Origin: Clostridiales bacterium UBA1775
GTDB lineage: Bacteria; Bacillota; Clostridia; Monoglobales; Firm-18
Reading direction: 5' to 3'
NCBI GenBank assembly: GCA_002314595.1
Contig: DCGP01000017.1
Span: 23,879-87,878 of the forward strand
DNA: 64,000 nucleotides
The notes below the pieces were generated by a model, which was not told where the DNA came from, made no database searches, and worked only from the letters and a program-made list of their open reading frames with translations. The position numbers and the translations under genes were made by a program. Shown here piece by piece: positions 9,215 to 16,945 of the stretch. Positions within the stretch are counted from its first letter, which is position 1. Every line of letters begins with the position of its first letter.

Positions 9215-9960
9215 TATTTTTTACCTCCTTTTTTTGCTGTGTTATAATCCATTTCATCAATGTCCGGAATAGTACCTATTACAGCAATATTCATTTTCTT
9301 TTCAACGTTGTATTTCTTTTCAATGTCCTCAACAGACTTAATTTTAACATCAAAGAAATTAACTAAGAATAGTCCTGCAATTGAAAGGAATGCGCCAAGC
9401 AACATACCGATAAATGTTGACTTTGTAACATTTGGGTATGAATGAGTAAGCGGTAATGTTGCATCGTCTATTGTCTTAACAGAACCAACCTCGGCTACGT
9501 CCATAATTGTGATATTAGCACACTCTAAAATAGCTTTACACAAGTCTTGCGCTTCCTTTGGAGATTGTGCTGTAACATTAACCTCGATAATAATTGAGTC
9601 TTCAACACTATTATATACAACCATATTCCTAAGTTGGTCTGTTGTATATGTAAAATCTGTATGCTTTCTAACTGTATTAAAGAAATTATTTGTTTTTAAG
9701 ATAGCAACATACGTTTCAACAAGCTTTTCAGATGTTGTTAAGTCCACAAGATTTGCAGTGTTATTTTGATCTTGGGGAGAAACAATTTGCTGAGCCTTAT
9801 TATTTACGTAAACAGAACCATAAGAAGTATATTTTTTAGGTACGAAATTATTATTATAAACAAAAAATGCAATGCCAAATGCAAAAACTGCAATTACTAT
9901 TACCCACCAGCTTCTTAGTATGTCTTCGATAAGTTCTTTAATATTTATTTCCTTTTCCAT
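9214..9960 (-). CDS. Wzz/CpsC-type chain-length determinant / BY-kinase membrane activator
   Basis: Two TM helices flank a periplasm-like loop. It overlaps the cpsD start by 1 nt (TAATG). Start set to the ATG at 9960, 5 nt after AGGTGG, rather than the GTG at 9969. Confidence 0.8.
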   Translation of the reverse strand: MEKEINIKELIEDILRSWWVIVIAVFAFGIAFFVYNNNFVPKKYTSYGSVYVNNKAQQIVSPQDQNNTANLVDLTTSEKLVETYVAILKTNNFFNTVRKHTDFTYTTDQLRNMVVYNSVEDSIIIEVNVTAQSPKEAQDLCKAILECANITIMDVAEVGSVKTIDDATLPLTHSYPNVTKSTFIGMLLGAFLSIAGLFLVNFFDVKIKSVEDIEKKYNVEKKMNIAVIGTIPDIDEMDYNTAKKGGKK

Positions 9961-9997
9961 AAGAGCCACCTACTTTTCATTAAAATTCGACCATATT

Positions 9998-10026
9998 ATT
10001 ATATCACACAAGTATTTTATTTGCAA
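9998..10026 (-). promoter_or_regulatory. Putative promoter of the cpsC-cpsD-cpsB operon
   Basis: On the minus strand: TTGCAA - 17 nt - TATAAT with an upstream TG (TGaTATAAT). Confidence 0.45.
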
Positions 10027-10046
10027 CAGTTTTTTGCATATTTTTG

Positions 10047-10075
10047 TTGACCTTAAAAAAATTATATACTATAAT
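10047..10075 (+). promoter_or_regulatory. Putative promoter of the phosphohexomutase gene
   Basis: TTGACC - 17 nt - TATAAT, 30 nt upstream of the ATG at 10106. Confidence 0.5.
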
Positions 10076-10105
10076 ATATATAAAGACTATTTTGGAGGCG
10101 AAAAA

Positions 10106-11830
10106 ATGAACTATATTAAAGAATATGAAAAATGGTTAAATTCAAACAAAATTGATGAAAACGAAAAAAAAATACTCGAAGCAATGAAAAATAACGAAAG
10201 TGAAATAAAAGAGTGCTTCTACCAAAGTCTTGCTTTTGGCACAGGCGGATTAAGAGGAGTTTTAGGTCTTGGCACTAATCGTATGAATAAATATATGGTA
10301 CGCCGAGCAACCCAGGGAATTGCAAACTACATTTTGGAACATGGTGATGAATTAAAATCAAGAGGTGTTGTAATTGCTTATGATTCAAGACATTACTCAC
10401 CTGAATTTGCACTTGAAACTGCACTTACAATGTGTGCTAACGGCATAAAGGCGTATCTTTTTGAATCCTTACGTCCTACGCCGGAGCTATCATTTGCTAT
10501 TAGACATTTACATGCAATTTCAGGTATTGTTATTACTGCTTCCCACAACCCTTCCGAATACAATGGCTACAAGGCTTATTGGGAAGATGGTGGACAGTTG
10601 CCCCCATCGGTTTCTGATGTTGTCTTGGCTGAAATCAATAATATTGATGTGTTTGACGCCAAAACTATGCCAAAGGACGATGCTGTAAAGTCCGGCTTGT
10701 TACAATACATCGGCAAAGAAGTTGACGATGCATACATTGATGCAGTTTATACACAGGCAATTAACCCTGACGTTGTTAAGGAAGTTGCTGATGAATTTAA
10801 GCTTGTATATACACCAATACACGGAAGTGGTAACATTCCGGTAAGGGCAATCCTTAAAAAGTCAGGCTTTAAGCACATTATTGTTGTAAAGGAGCAGGAG
10901 CAACCTGACGGAGCATTTCCCACGGTTAAATCCCCTAACCCTGAAAACAAGGAGTGCTTTACAAAGGCTATTGAGCTTGCAAAGGAAAATGACGTTAGCC
11001 TAATTATCGGCACAGACCCTGATGCTGACAGAATGGGTATAATGCTAAGAAACAAAGAAGGCGAATATGTACCAATGACCGGAAACCAAGTTGGCGCATT
11101 GCTTACAGACTATATTATATCTGCCAAAAAGGAACGTGGTACACTACCTGAAAACGGTGCTGTCATTTCCACAATTGTTTCAACAAAAATGACAAGAGTT
11201 ATGGCTGAAAGCTTTGGTATGAAATTTATCGAAACTCTAACAGGTTTTAAGTTTATTGGTGAGAAAATTCACGAATTTGAAACCACCGGTTGCAATGAAT
11301 TTTTGTTGGGCTTTGAAGAGAGCTACGGTTACCTTGTAGGCACTCACGCAAGGGATAAGGACTCTGTTGTTGCAAGTATGTTAATTGCCGAAATGGCTGC
11401 ATATTATTACAAAAAAGGCAAGACACTTTATGACGTTATGGAGGAGCTGTACGAAAGATTTGGTGGGTTTGCCGAAATAACCGAAAGCATTACTATGAAA
11501 GGTAGCGAAGGGTTAGCAAAAATCAAAGCTATAATGGACAATCTACGCAAGGACAAACCCACATCATTTGGTGATTTTAAAGTAAAAGCCATTAGAGATT
11601 ACAAGGTTGGTATAAGATATGACCTTGAAAATGGAACAGAAGAAAAGCTTGATTTACCAACATCTGACGTCCTTTACTTTGAAATGTCGGAGGGCGCAGA
11701 TTTTGTAGCCCGTCCCTCAGGCACAGAGCCAAAGATTAAAATGTATTATTTAGTACAATCCGACACTATAAAAAATGCTCATAAGACACTTGAAAAGGTA
11801 ACTGAGCAAGTTTCAAAATATTTTAATTAA
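10106..11830 (+). CDS. Phospho-sugar mutase (phosphoglucomutase/phosphomannomutase family)
   Basis: Active-site TASHNPSEYNGYK, Mg loop GTDPDADR and sugar-binding GFEESYGY. Start at ATG 10106 after GGAGG. The track's 9872 start is an N-terminal extension that overlaps cpsC on the opposite strand. Confidence 0.9.
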   Translation: MNYIKEYEKWLNSNKIDENEKKILEAMKNNESEIKECFYQSLAFGTGGLRGVLGLGTNRMNKYMVRRATQGIANYILEHGDELKSRGVVIAYDSRHYSPEFALETALTMCANGIKAYLFESLRPTPELSFAIRHLHAISGIVITASHNPSEYNGYKAYWEDGGQLPPSVSDVVLAEINNIDVFDAKTMPKDDAVKSGLLQYIGKEVDDAYIDAVYTQAINPDVVKEVADEFKLVYTPIHGSGNIPVRAILKKSGFKHIIVVKEQEQPDGAFPTVKSPNPENKECFTKAIELAKENDVSLIIGTDPDADRMGIMLRNKEGEYVPMTGNQVGALLTDYIISAKKERGTLPENGAVISTIVSTKMTRVMAESFGMKFIETLTGFKFIGEKIHEFETTGCNEFLLGFEESYGYLVGTHARDKDSVVASMLIAEMAAYYYKKGKTLYDVMEELYERFGGFAEITESITMKGSEGLAKIKAIMDNLRKDKPTSFGDFKVKAIRDYKVGIRYDLENGTEEKLDLPTSDVLYFEMSEGADFVARPSGTEPKIKMYYLVQSDTIKNAHKTLEKVTEQVSKYFN

Positions 11831-11835
11831 ATTAT

Positions 11836-11866
11836 AAAAGGAATTCGTTAGTAACGAATTCCTTTT
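11836..11866. terminator. Bidirectional intrinsic terminator (pgm / asnB convergence)
   Basis: 14-bp perfect hairpin AAAAGGAATTCGTT-agt-AACGAATTCCTTTT followed by GTTTTT. Confidence 0.7.
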
Positions 11867-11870
11867 GTTT

Positions 11871-13691
11871 TTATATACAAACATTGTATGTTTCAAGCCA
11901 AAAGTCAAACTGTATTAGCCAAGCCACCAGCTGTGGTCTACCCATTAGCTGACCGAACCAAGTTACGTTATCCTGCTTCATCATTTCGTTAAAGGTCTTT
12001 ACATTTAAAATTTCGCCAAGTTTACCTTTTTTAAGCCTTTTATTTAGAATTTCCGTTACATATTCTTCGTATTTTGGATTATGAGTTTTAGGATATGGGC
12101 TCTTTTTTCTGTTTATTATTTTATCAGGCAAAATGTCCTCCATTGCGTCCCTTAAAAGTGCTTTTTCCCTTCTGCCTTCAAACTTTATGCTCCATGGAAC
12201 ATTATAGACATATTCTAAAATCCGATGGTCTGCAAAGGGTACACGAACCTCTAAGCCGTGTGCCATACTCATTCTGTCCTTACGTTCTAAAAGCGAGGTC
12301 ATAAAGTAATTTACAGAAAGGACGGTAGCAATTCTTGAAATTTGCATTTCTTCGGTATCCGTATCCAACAAGGGTACATTTAAAATACTGTCTTTATAAA
12401 CCTGTGAAATGTATTCAAAGCCCTCTTTTACATTTACAACTTTTTCATTAAAAAGCTCTGCCCTTGCCATTGGCTTGTGTATCCATGGAAAAAAGCCGTT
12501 ATTTAACATTTCTTTTCTGTAAAACCAAGGGTAGCCACCGAATATTTCATCGGAGCATTCCCCTGACAGGGCTACTGTATGGTTGTTTTTTACCTCTCCA
12601 CAAAAATAGAGCAATGATGAATCTATGTCTGCTTGACCGGGAATATCCCTATAAACAGTTGCGGGAAACAAATTTTGAGCAACAGAAAAGGTTGGTGCTG
12701 TTAAAACCTTATGGTCTGTTCCTAACCACTTGCCTAAATCCTCTGCAAAATCCTCGTCCCCCTGTGGTTGAAACAGTGATTTTTTGAAATTTTGACGATT
12801 GTCCTCATATTCAAAGGAATATGTTGTAAGGGTTTTTCCTTGTTTTTTGTATTCTTCTGCCACTATTGCTGAAATTACCGAAGAATCTAACCCTCCTGAC
12901 AAAAATGTGCATAGTGGTACATCTGACTTGGTTTGCCTTGTAATTGCATCACAAACAAGGGTTTTGGTATGCTCTATTGCCTCCTCCCTTGTTTCCGTAA
13001 AGTCCTGTGCTGTAAGCTTCCAATAAGTATTAAGTTTTAACCCATCAGCATTATAATATCCGCACTGTGCCGGTTTAAGCTCATAGACGTCTTTGAAAAC
13101 CCCGCTGCCATTTATGGTTACAGGTGATAAAAACAATAACTCCCAAAGTCCGTATTTATCAAGCTTTGGCTCTACATTTGGGTGGGCAAGCAACGACTTA
13201 ATTTCCGACCCAAACAGTAATGAACTGCCTAAACGACAATAGAAAAATGGTTTGATACCAAACCTATCTCTTGCTAAAAATACTGCATCTTTACCTTCGT
13301 CATATACTGCAAAGGCAAAAATTCCGTTTAATTTAGACGGACAGCTATCACCAAAGATAATGTAAGAATAAAGCACAACTTCCGTATCACAATTTGTTTC
13401 ACACTCTATGCCGTAGGTTTTAAGCTCTGCCTTTAAATTATCTGTATTATATATTTCTCCATTATACACAATGGTGTAGCTATTGCCTTGATACAAAATT
13501 GTCATAGGTTGGTTGCCGTTTTGTATGTCCATTACCGACAATCTGTTATGCTGAAAAACAACATTTTTACCAACAAACACATTACTGTTGTCAGGGCCCC
13601 TATGCTTCATAGTCATTCCCATTTTGATTACTGTTTCTCTATCTAAATTTTTATTGTCCTTAAAATCAACAATTCCGCATATTGAACACAT
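11871..13691 (-). CDS. asnB: Asparagine synthase (glutamine-hydrolysing)
   Basis: Class-II amidotransferase N-terminus (MC..CGIVDF, HRGPD), SGGLDSS PP-loop, and a C-terminal synthetase domain. Start chosen at the ATG giving MCSICG (GAAAGGA upstream). The exact start and nucleophile Cys are ambiguous. Confidence 0.85.
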   Translation of the reverse strand: MCSICGIVDFKDNKNLDRETVIKMGMTMKHRGPDNSNVFVGKNVVFQHNRLSVMDIQNGNQPMTILYQGNSYTIVYNGEIYNTDNLKAELKTYGIECETNCDTEVVLYSYIIFGDSCPSKLNGIFAFAVYDEGKDAVFLARDRFGIKPFFYCRLGSSLLFGSEIKSLLAHPNVEPKLDKYGLWELLFLSPVTINGSGVFKDVYELKPAQCGYYNADGLKLNTYWKLTAQDFTETREEAIEHTKTLVCDAITRQTKSDVPLCTFLSGGLDSSVISAIVAEEYKKQGKTLTTYSFEYEDNRQNFKKSLFQPQGDEDFAEDLGKWLGTDHKVLTAPTFSVAQNLFPATVYRDIPGQADIDSSLLYFCGEVKNNHTVALSGECSDEIFGGYPWFYRKEMLNNGFFPWIHKPMARAELFNEKVVNVKEGFEYISQVYKDSILNVPLLDTDTEEMQISRIATVLSVNYFMTSLLERKDRMSMAHGLEVRVPFADHRILEYVYNVPWSIKFEGRREKALLRDAMEDILPDKIINRKKSPYPKTHNPKYEEYVTEILNKRLKKGKLGEILNVKTFNEMMKQDNVTWFGQLMGRPQLVAWLIQFDFWLETYNVCI

Positions 13692-13743
13692 ACTAATCAG
13701 TCCTTTCACCTATATTATATGCAATATGCGGAATACATTTACA

Positions 13744-14583
13744 CTATTTAATTTTGTACCCGTAGACAACTCGGTTTATGCCTGCAATATCCTTGCAAAA
13801 TCCAATATTTTTAAAATTATTATCTTCAAGAATTTCCTTGACAGCTTCACTTTGGTTATAGCCTACCTCATATGCAATAAAGCCACCATCATTTATTACA
13901 TCATAGCCAATCTTGGTGATATGTCTGTAAAAATCAAGCCCGTCCTTGCCACCTAAAAGGGCAATTTGTGGCTCGTAATCCTTAACATCTGTCATAAGTG
14001 TTGGCACAACATCGTCCTCTATATAGGGTGGGTTTGACACTATACCGTCTACCTTTATATTTGGAAAATCCTTAAAAACATCTCCGTTAATAAACTCTAT
14101 TCTATTACCTACACCGTTAGATTTGGCATTTTTTTCGGCAACAGAAATAGCATATTTAGATATGTCCATAGCAAAGGCTTTGGCGTTTTTACAAAAATGC
14201 AAAATGCTTATTGGAATACAACCACTGCCTGTACCAATTTCCAAAATGGTTTTTTTGCTGTCTGCTATTTCATCAATAACCTTTTCCACAAGGGCTTCCG
14301 TATCAGGGCGAGGTATTAAAACATTGCTGTCTACATAAAATTCCAACCCCATAAATTCTGCCTTACCTAAAATGTACTGCATTGGTTCGTGCATTTTCCT
14401 GCGATTAAGCAATTTTTCATATTCGCCATATTCTGCAATGTCATCGTCTTTGTTGGTAATCAAAAATATTTTATCCTTGTTAAATGCCTTGCAAAACAGC
14501 AATTTAGCATCTAACCTTGCAGACTCAATTTGTGCCTGTGCAAGGCTCTTTGTACCATACAAAATAAGTTCGTTAACCTTCAT
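13744..14583 (-). CDS. prmC: Release-factor glutamine N5-methyltransferase
   Basis: SAM motif ILEIGTGSG and catalytic NPPY (VSNPPYI). The length and N-terminal helical domain are typical of PrmC/HemK. Confidence 0.9.
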   Translation of the reverse strand: MKVNELILYGTKSLAQAQIESARLDAKLLFCKAFNKDKIFLITNKDDDIAEYGEYEKLLNRRKMHEPMQYILGKAEFMGLEFYVDSNVLIPRPDTEALVEKVIDEIADSKKTILEIGTGSGCIPISILHFCKNAKAFAMDISKYAISVAEKNAKSNGVGNRIEFINGDVFKDFPNIKVDGIVSNPPYIEDDVVPTLMTDVKDYEPQIALLGGKDGLDFYRHITKIGYDVINDGGFIAYEVGYNQSEAVKEILEDNNFKNIGFCKDIAGINRVVYGYKIK

Positions 14584-14584
14584 C

Positions 14585-15535
14585 TTACCACTTGTCGTCC
14601 TCTTTGTTATCTGTTAAAACTGCCTTTAATGAGGCAATGGCAACCTCTATTTGAGAGTCGTCCGGTTCACGTGTTGTAATGTATTGCAACCACATACCCG
14701 GCTGTGAAATCATATTTGTAAACCAATTATCATGCCTGCCTGCAAATTTGATAATTTCATAAGAAAGACCTGCCACAACAGGCAACAGCAATATTTTATA
14801 TATTGCCCTTGCATACCAAGTGATACCACCCGGAATTAGCAAAAATACAATAATACTTACAATCATTACAAAAATCAAGAAGCTTGTGCCACATCTTGGA
14901 TGAAGTCTTGGGTTCTTCCTTGCATTTTCAACTGTTAATTCTTCGCCATGCTCGTAAGTCCAAATAGTTTTGTGCTCTGCACCATGGTACATAAACACCC
15001 TTTGAATATCCTTCATTTTAGAAACTAAAACAAGATAGAAAATGAAAATACCCATTCTTATTGCACCTTCGATTAGTGTCCTGACTGTGCCTTCAACCTT
15101 AAACAAATTAAGCTTTGCAAGTAGCTCTGCAATAAAGTTTGGCAACAAGAAAAACAAACCTATTGAAAAAATGACTGATAAAATTACTGAAAAATAAATT
15201 ACAATATCCTTGATTTTATCACCAAATTTAGCATCTAACCACTTTTCAAACTTGGTTTGGCTTTCCTCCTCCCCTTCTATATCAAAAAATTCTGCCGAAA
15301 ACATTAACGCCTTTACCCCTGTTATTAAGCTTTCAAAAAAGGCTATGCAACCTCTGATAATAGGCAATTTTAAAACCTTATACTTTTGTAAAATTGACGA
15401 TATAGGCCTTTTCTCAACTATTATTTCATTATCCGGCTTTCTTACTGCCATAGCGATTTCCTTTGGGCCTCTCATCATAACGCCTTCCATTATGGCTTGA
15501 CCACCGATACTTGTTTTGTGTAATTTTTCTGCCAT
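14585..15535 (-). CDS. DUF1385 (YqhQ-like) membrane protein
   Basis: GGQAIMEGVMMRG N-terminal motif, GAEHKTI motif, multiple TM helices. It is tightly coupled to prmC, a common Firmicutes arrangement. Confidence 0.8.
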   Translation of the reverse strand: MAEKLHKTSIGGQAIMEGVMMRGPKEIAMAVRKPDNEIIVEKRPISSILQKYKVLKLPIIRGCIAFFESLITGVKALMFSAEFFDIEGEEESQTKFEKWLDAKFGDKIKDIVIYFSVILSVIFSIGLFFLLPNFIAELLAKLNLFKVEGTVRTLIEGAIRMGIFIFYLVLVSKMKDIQRVFMYHGAEHKTIWTYEHGEELTVENARKNPRLHPRCGTSFLIFVMIVSIIVFLLIPGGITWYARAIYKILLLPVVAGLSYEIIKFAGRHDNWFTNMISQPGMWLQYITTREPDDSQIEVAIASLKAVLTDNKEDDKW

Positions 15536-15537
15536 AT

Positions 15538-16206
15538 TTATACCTCCCTACGATAGGTTTTGCAAGATATGTACTTGTCATTGTTTACTATTATATGGTC
15601 TATAAGTTCAATGCCTATCTTTTCAAGCACTTCTTTAATATTTTGTGTTGTAATAACATCACTTTGGGACGGAACTAAAACTCCGGACGGGTGATTATGA
15701 CACAGAACAACCTTTGTTGTAGTTGTAAATGCCACAGCATCAACAATCTTTCGTGGGTCTATTATCAGCAGTCCCGGTACTCCCTCTGCAATCTTTTCTT
15801 CCTTGATAAGCTTATTATTTGAGTCCAAGCAAAGTACATACGCAGCTTCATTTGCAGTGCCTCTTAACAAGTCCATACACCTTTCACAAATTTCGTTCAT
15901 AGTCTTGTACTTTTTCTTGTTTTTATTGATGTTATAGGAATATCCTCTTGAAATATACGGCAACATCTTTATGTGAATTGCAACAGATTTGCCTACTCCA
16001 TCAATGGTCATAAGCTCCTCTATGGGTGCGTTACAGAGGTTTTCAAGAGTCTTAAATCTATTAAGCAAAGCATGAGCGATATCTGTTGTATTTCGACGTG
16101 CATAAACGCTGTACAAATACACTTCTAAAAATTCGTGCTCGTACAGTATATCAATCCCGTGTTTGAATATTTTTTCAAACATTCTTTGACGATGTCCCTC
16201 TGCCAT
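15538..16206 (-). CDS. radC: RadC-like JAB-domain protein
   Basis: HhH-type N-terminus (IDGVGKSVA) and JAMM-like HNHPSG...S..D motif. Confidence 0.85.
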   Translation of the reverse strand: MAEGHRQRMFEKIFKHGIDILYEHEFLEVYLYSVYARRNTTDIAHALLNRFKTLENLCNAPIEELMTIDGVGKSVAIHIKMLPYISRGYSYNINKNKKKYKTMNEICERCMDLLRGTANEAAYVLCLDSNNKLIKEEKIAEGVPGLLIIDPRKIVDAVAFTTTTKVVLCHNHPSGVLVPSQSDVITTQNIKEVLEKIGIELIDHIIVNNDKYISCKTYRREV

Positions 16207-16242
16207 TGATGTTGCTCCTTATCTAATAATACTTATCTTTAT

Positions 16243-16272
16243 ATTTTACTCCATTTCAAACACTATTGTCAA
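16243..16272 (-). promoter_or_regulatory. Putative promoter of radC-DUF1385-prmC-asnB
   Basis: On the minus strand: TTGACA - 18 nt - TAAAAT. Confidence 0.45.
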
Positions 16273-16308
16273 GGAATTTACAATAATTTTGGATTTTTGT
16301 ATTTATTC

Positions 16309-16337
16309 TTGACACTTATATTGTTTAGTGATATAAT
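16309..16337 (+). promoter_or_regulatory. Consensus sigma-A promoter of tRNA-Gln
   Basis: TTGACA - 17 nt - TATAAT, 12 nt upstream of the tRNA 5' end. Confidence 0.6.
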
Positions 16338-16349
16338 ATTTTCTGTTGA

Positions 16350-16423
16350 TGCCGGATTGTGTAAGGGTAGCACGACAGACTCTGACTCTGTTTGTCTGGG
16401 TTCGAATCCTAGTCCGGCAACCA
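16350..16423 (+). tRNA. tRNA-Gln (anticodon CUG), CCA encoded
   Basis: Hand-folded cloverleaf. Acceptor TGCCGGA/TCCGGCA (7 bp), D stem GTGT/GCAC, anticodon stem ACAGA/TCTGT with loop CTCTGAC (anticodon CTG), T arm CTGGG-TTCGAAT-CCTAG, discriminator A, then CCA. Total 74 nt. Confidence 0.9.
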
Positions 16424-16428
16424 AAGCG

Positions 16429-16458
16429 AAAATCCTGTCCGATTAGGGCAGGTTTTTT
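16429..16458 (+). terminator. Intrinsic terminator after tRNA-Gln
   Basis: AAAATCCTGTCC-gatta-GGGCAGGTTTTTT (one G-U pair). Confidence 0.6.
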
Positions 16459-16689
16459 GCTTTGTATTGTTCATTTTTCAATATTCATCATTCACTATTC
16501 ATTAAAGACGGATTTTCTAATTGAATAATGAATAAAAAGCATATTAATATCCTCCATAAACACCGCAAAATCAAATCAATCAAAATAAATCCTCGGTAGC
16601 CGGTTTAAATCCGATACGGAGGATTTTATTTATTTTATCTAAAATCATCTAATTCTTTTATGCAAATTAACATTTTTCTGCTTTTCATC

Positions 16690-16718
16690 TTTACTTTTTC
16701 CATAAATTATGTTACAAT
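16690..16718 (+). promoter_or_regulatory. Putative promoter driving the leader of the secreted amidase/lectin gene
   Basis: TTTACT - 17 nt - TACAAT. Confidence 0.4.
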
Positions 16719-16724
16719 GAGCTT

Positions 16725-16896
16725 GCTAAACGTAACTTAATAAGATTCCATGGGAGTAGTATATTCAAAGCATTATACTCTTTTTTCACTATGACACTTT
16801 TGAATTTGACAAAAATGCAAATTCCATTAAGTATCATGGTGAACTATTCCTGTATATTTAAGTTATGTTTAGCGACTATCGGAGTTTGCGTTTTTT
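16725..16896 (+). promoter_or_regulatory. Structured 5' leader (unclassified)
   Basis: A 16-bp long-range helix pairs GCTAAACGTAACTTAA (16725-16740) with TTAAGTTATGTTTAGC (16858-16873), with one G-U. It encloses 117 nt, including an internal hairpin plus T-run (about 16754-16786). Confidence 0.35.
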
Positions 16897-16925
16897 ATGC
16901 GTCTGCTTCGGTAGGCGCATTTTTT
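16897..16925 (+). terminator. Leader terminator/attenuator 20 nt before the start codon
   Basis: 10-bp stem ATGCGTCTGC/GGTAGGCGCAT capped by a C(UUCG)G tetraloop, followed by TTTTTT. There is no room for a promoter between it and the ATG at 16946. Confidence 0.5.
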
Positions 16926-16945
16926 AATTTATGGAGGATTTGAGG

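Noticed and set aside
9872-10105. N-terminal extensions suggested by the track (pgm 9872, clpC 7650, GH4 38867, mtaB 40883, MDR 31094, Gfo 32133, C-N hydrolase 45576, mraZ 58453, DJ-1 63035)
   Set aside because: The extensions cross promoters or neighbouring genes and encode implausible peptides. Internal ATGs with proper SD sites match the conserved family N-termini.
16346-16528. 60-aa ORF from the track (MMPDCVRVARQTLTLF...)
   Set aside because: It overlaps the tRNA-Gln gene and its terminator on the same strand and has no SD. It is an artefact of the tRNA sequence.
16470-16535. ATTCAT-type 7-mer repeats and a partial inverted repeat after tRNA-Gln, considered as transposon ends or an att site
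   Set aside because: They are short, AT-rich and degenerate. There is no matching partner elsewhere in the window and no recombinase gene.
16589-16640. Hairpin containing GGTTTAAATCC, reminiscent of the tRNA T-arm (GGTTCGAATCC), considered as a tRNA fragment or att remnant
   Set aside because: Only about 12 of 21 positions match the tRNA-Gln 3' half, and there is no acceptor-stem similarity. More likely another terminator-like hairpin.
16791-16943. 50-codon ORF (MTLLNLTKMQIPLS...) inside the leader, with a stop overlapping the SD/ATG of the secreted-protein gene
   Set aside because: No Shine-Dalgarno precedes its ATG. It runs through the terminator hairpin. RNA structure explains the region better than coding does.
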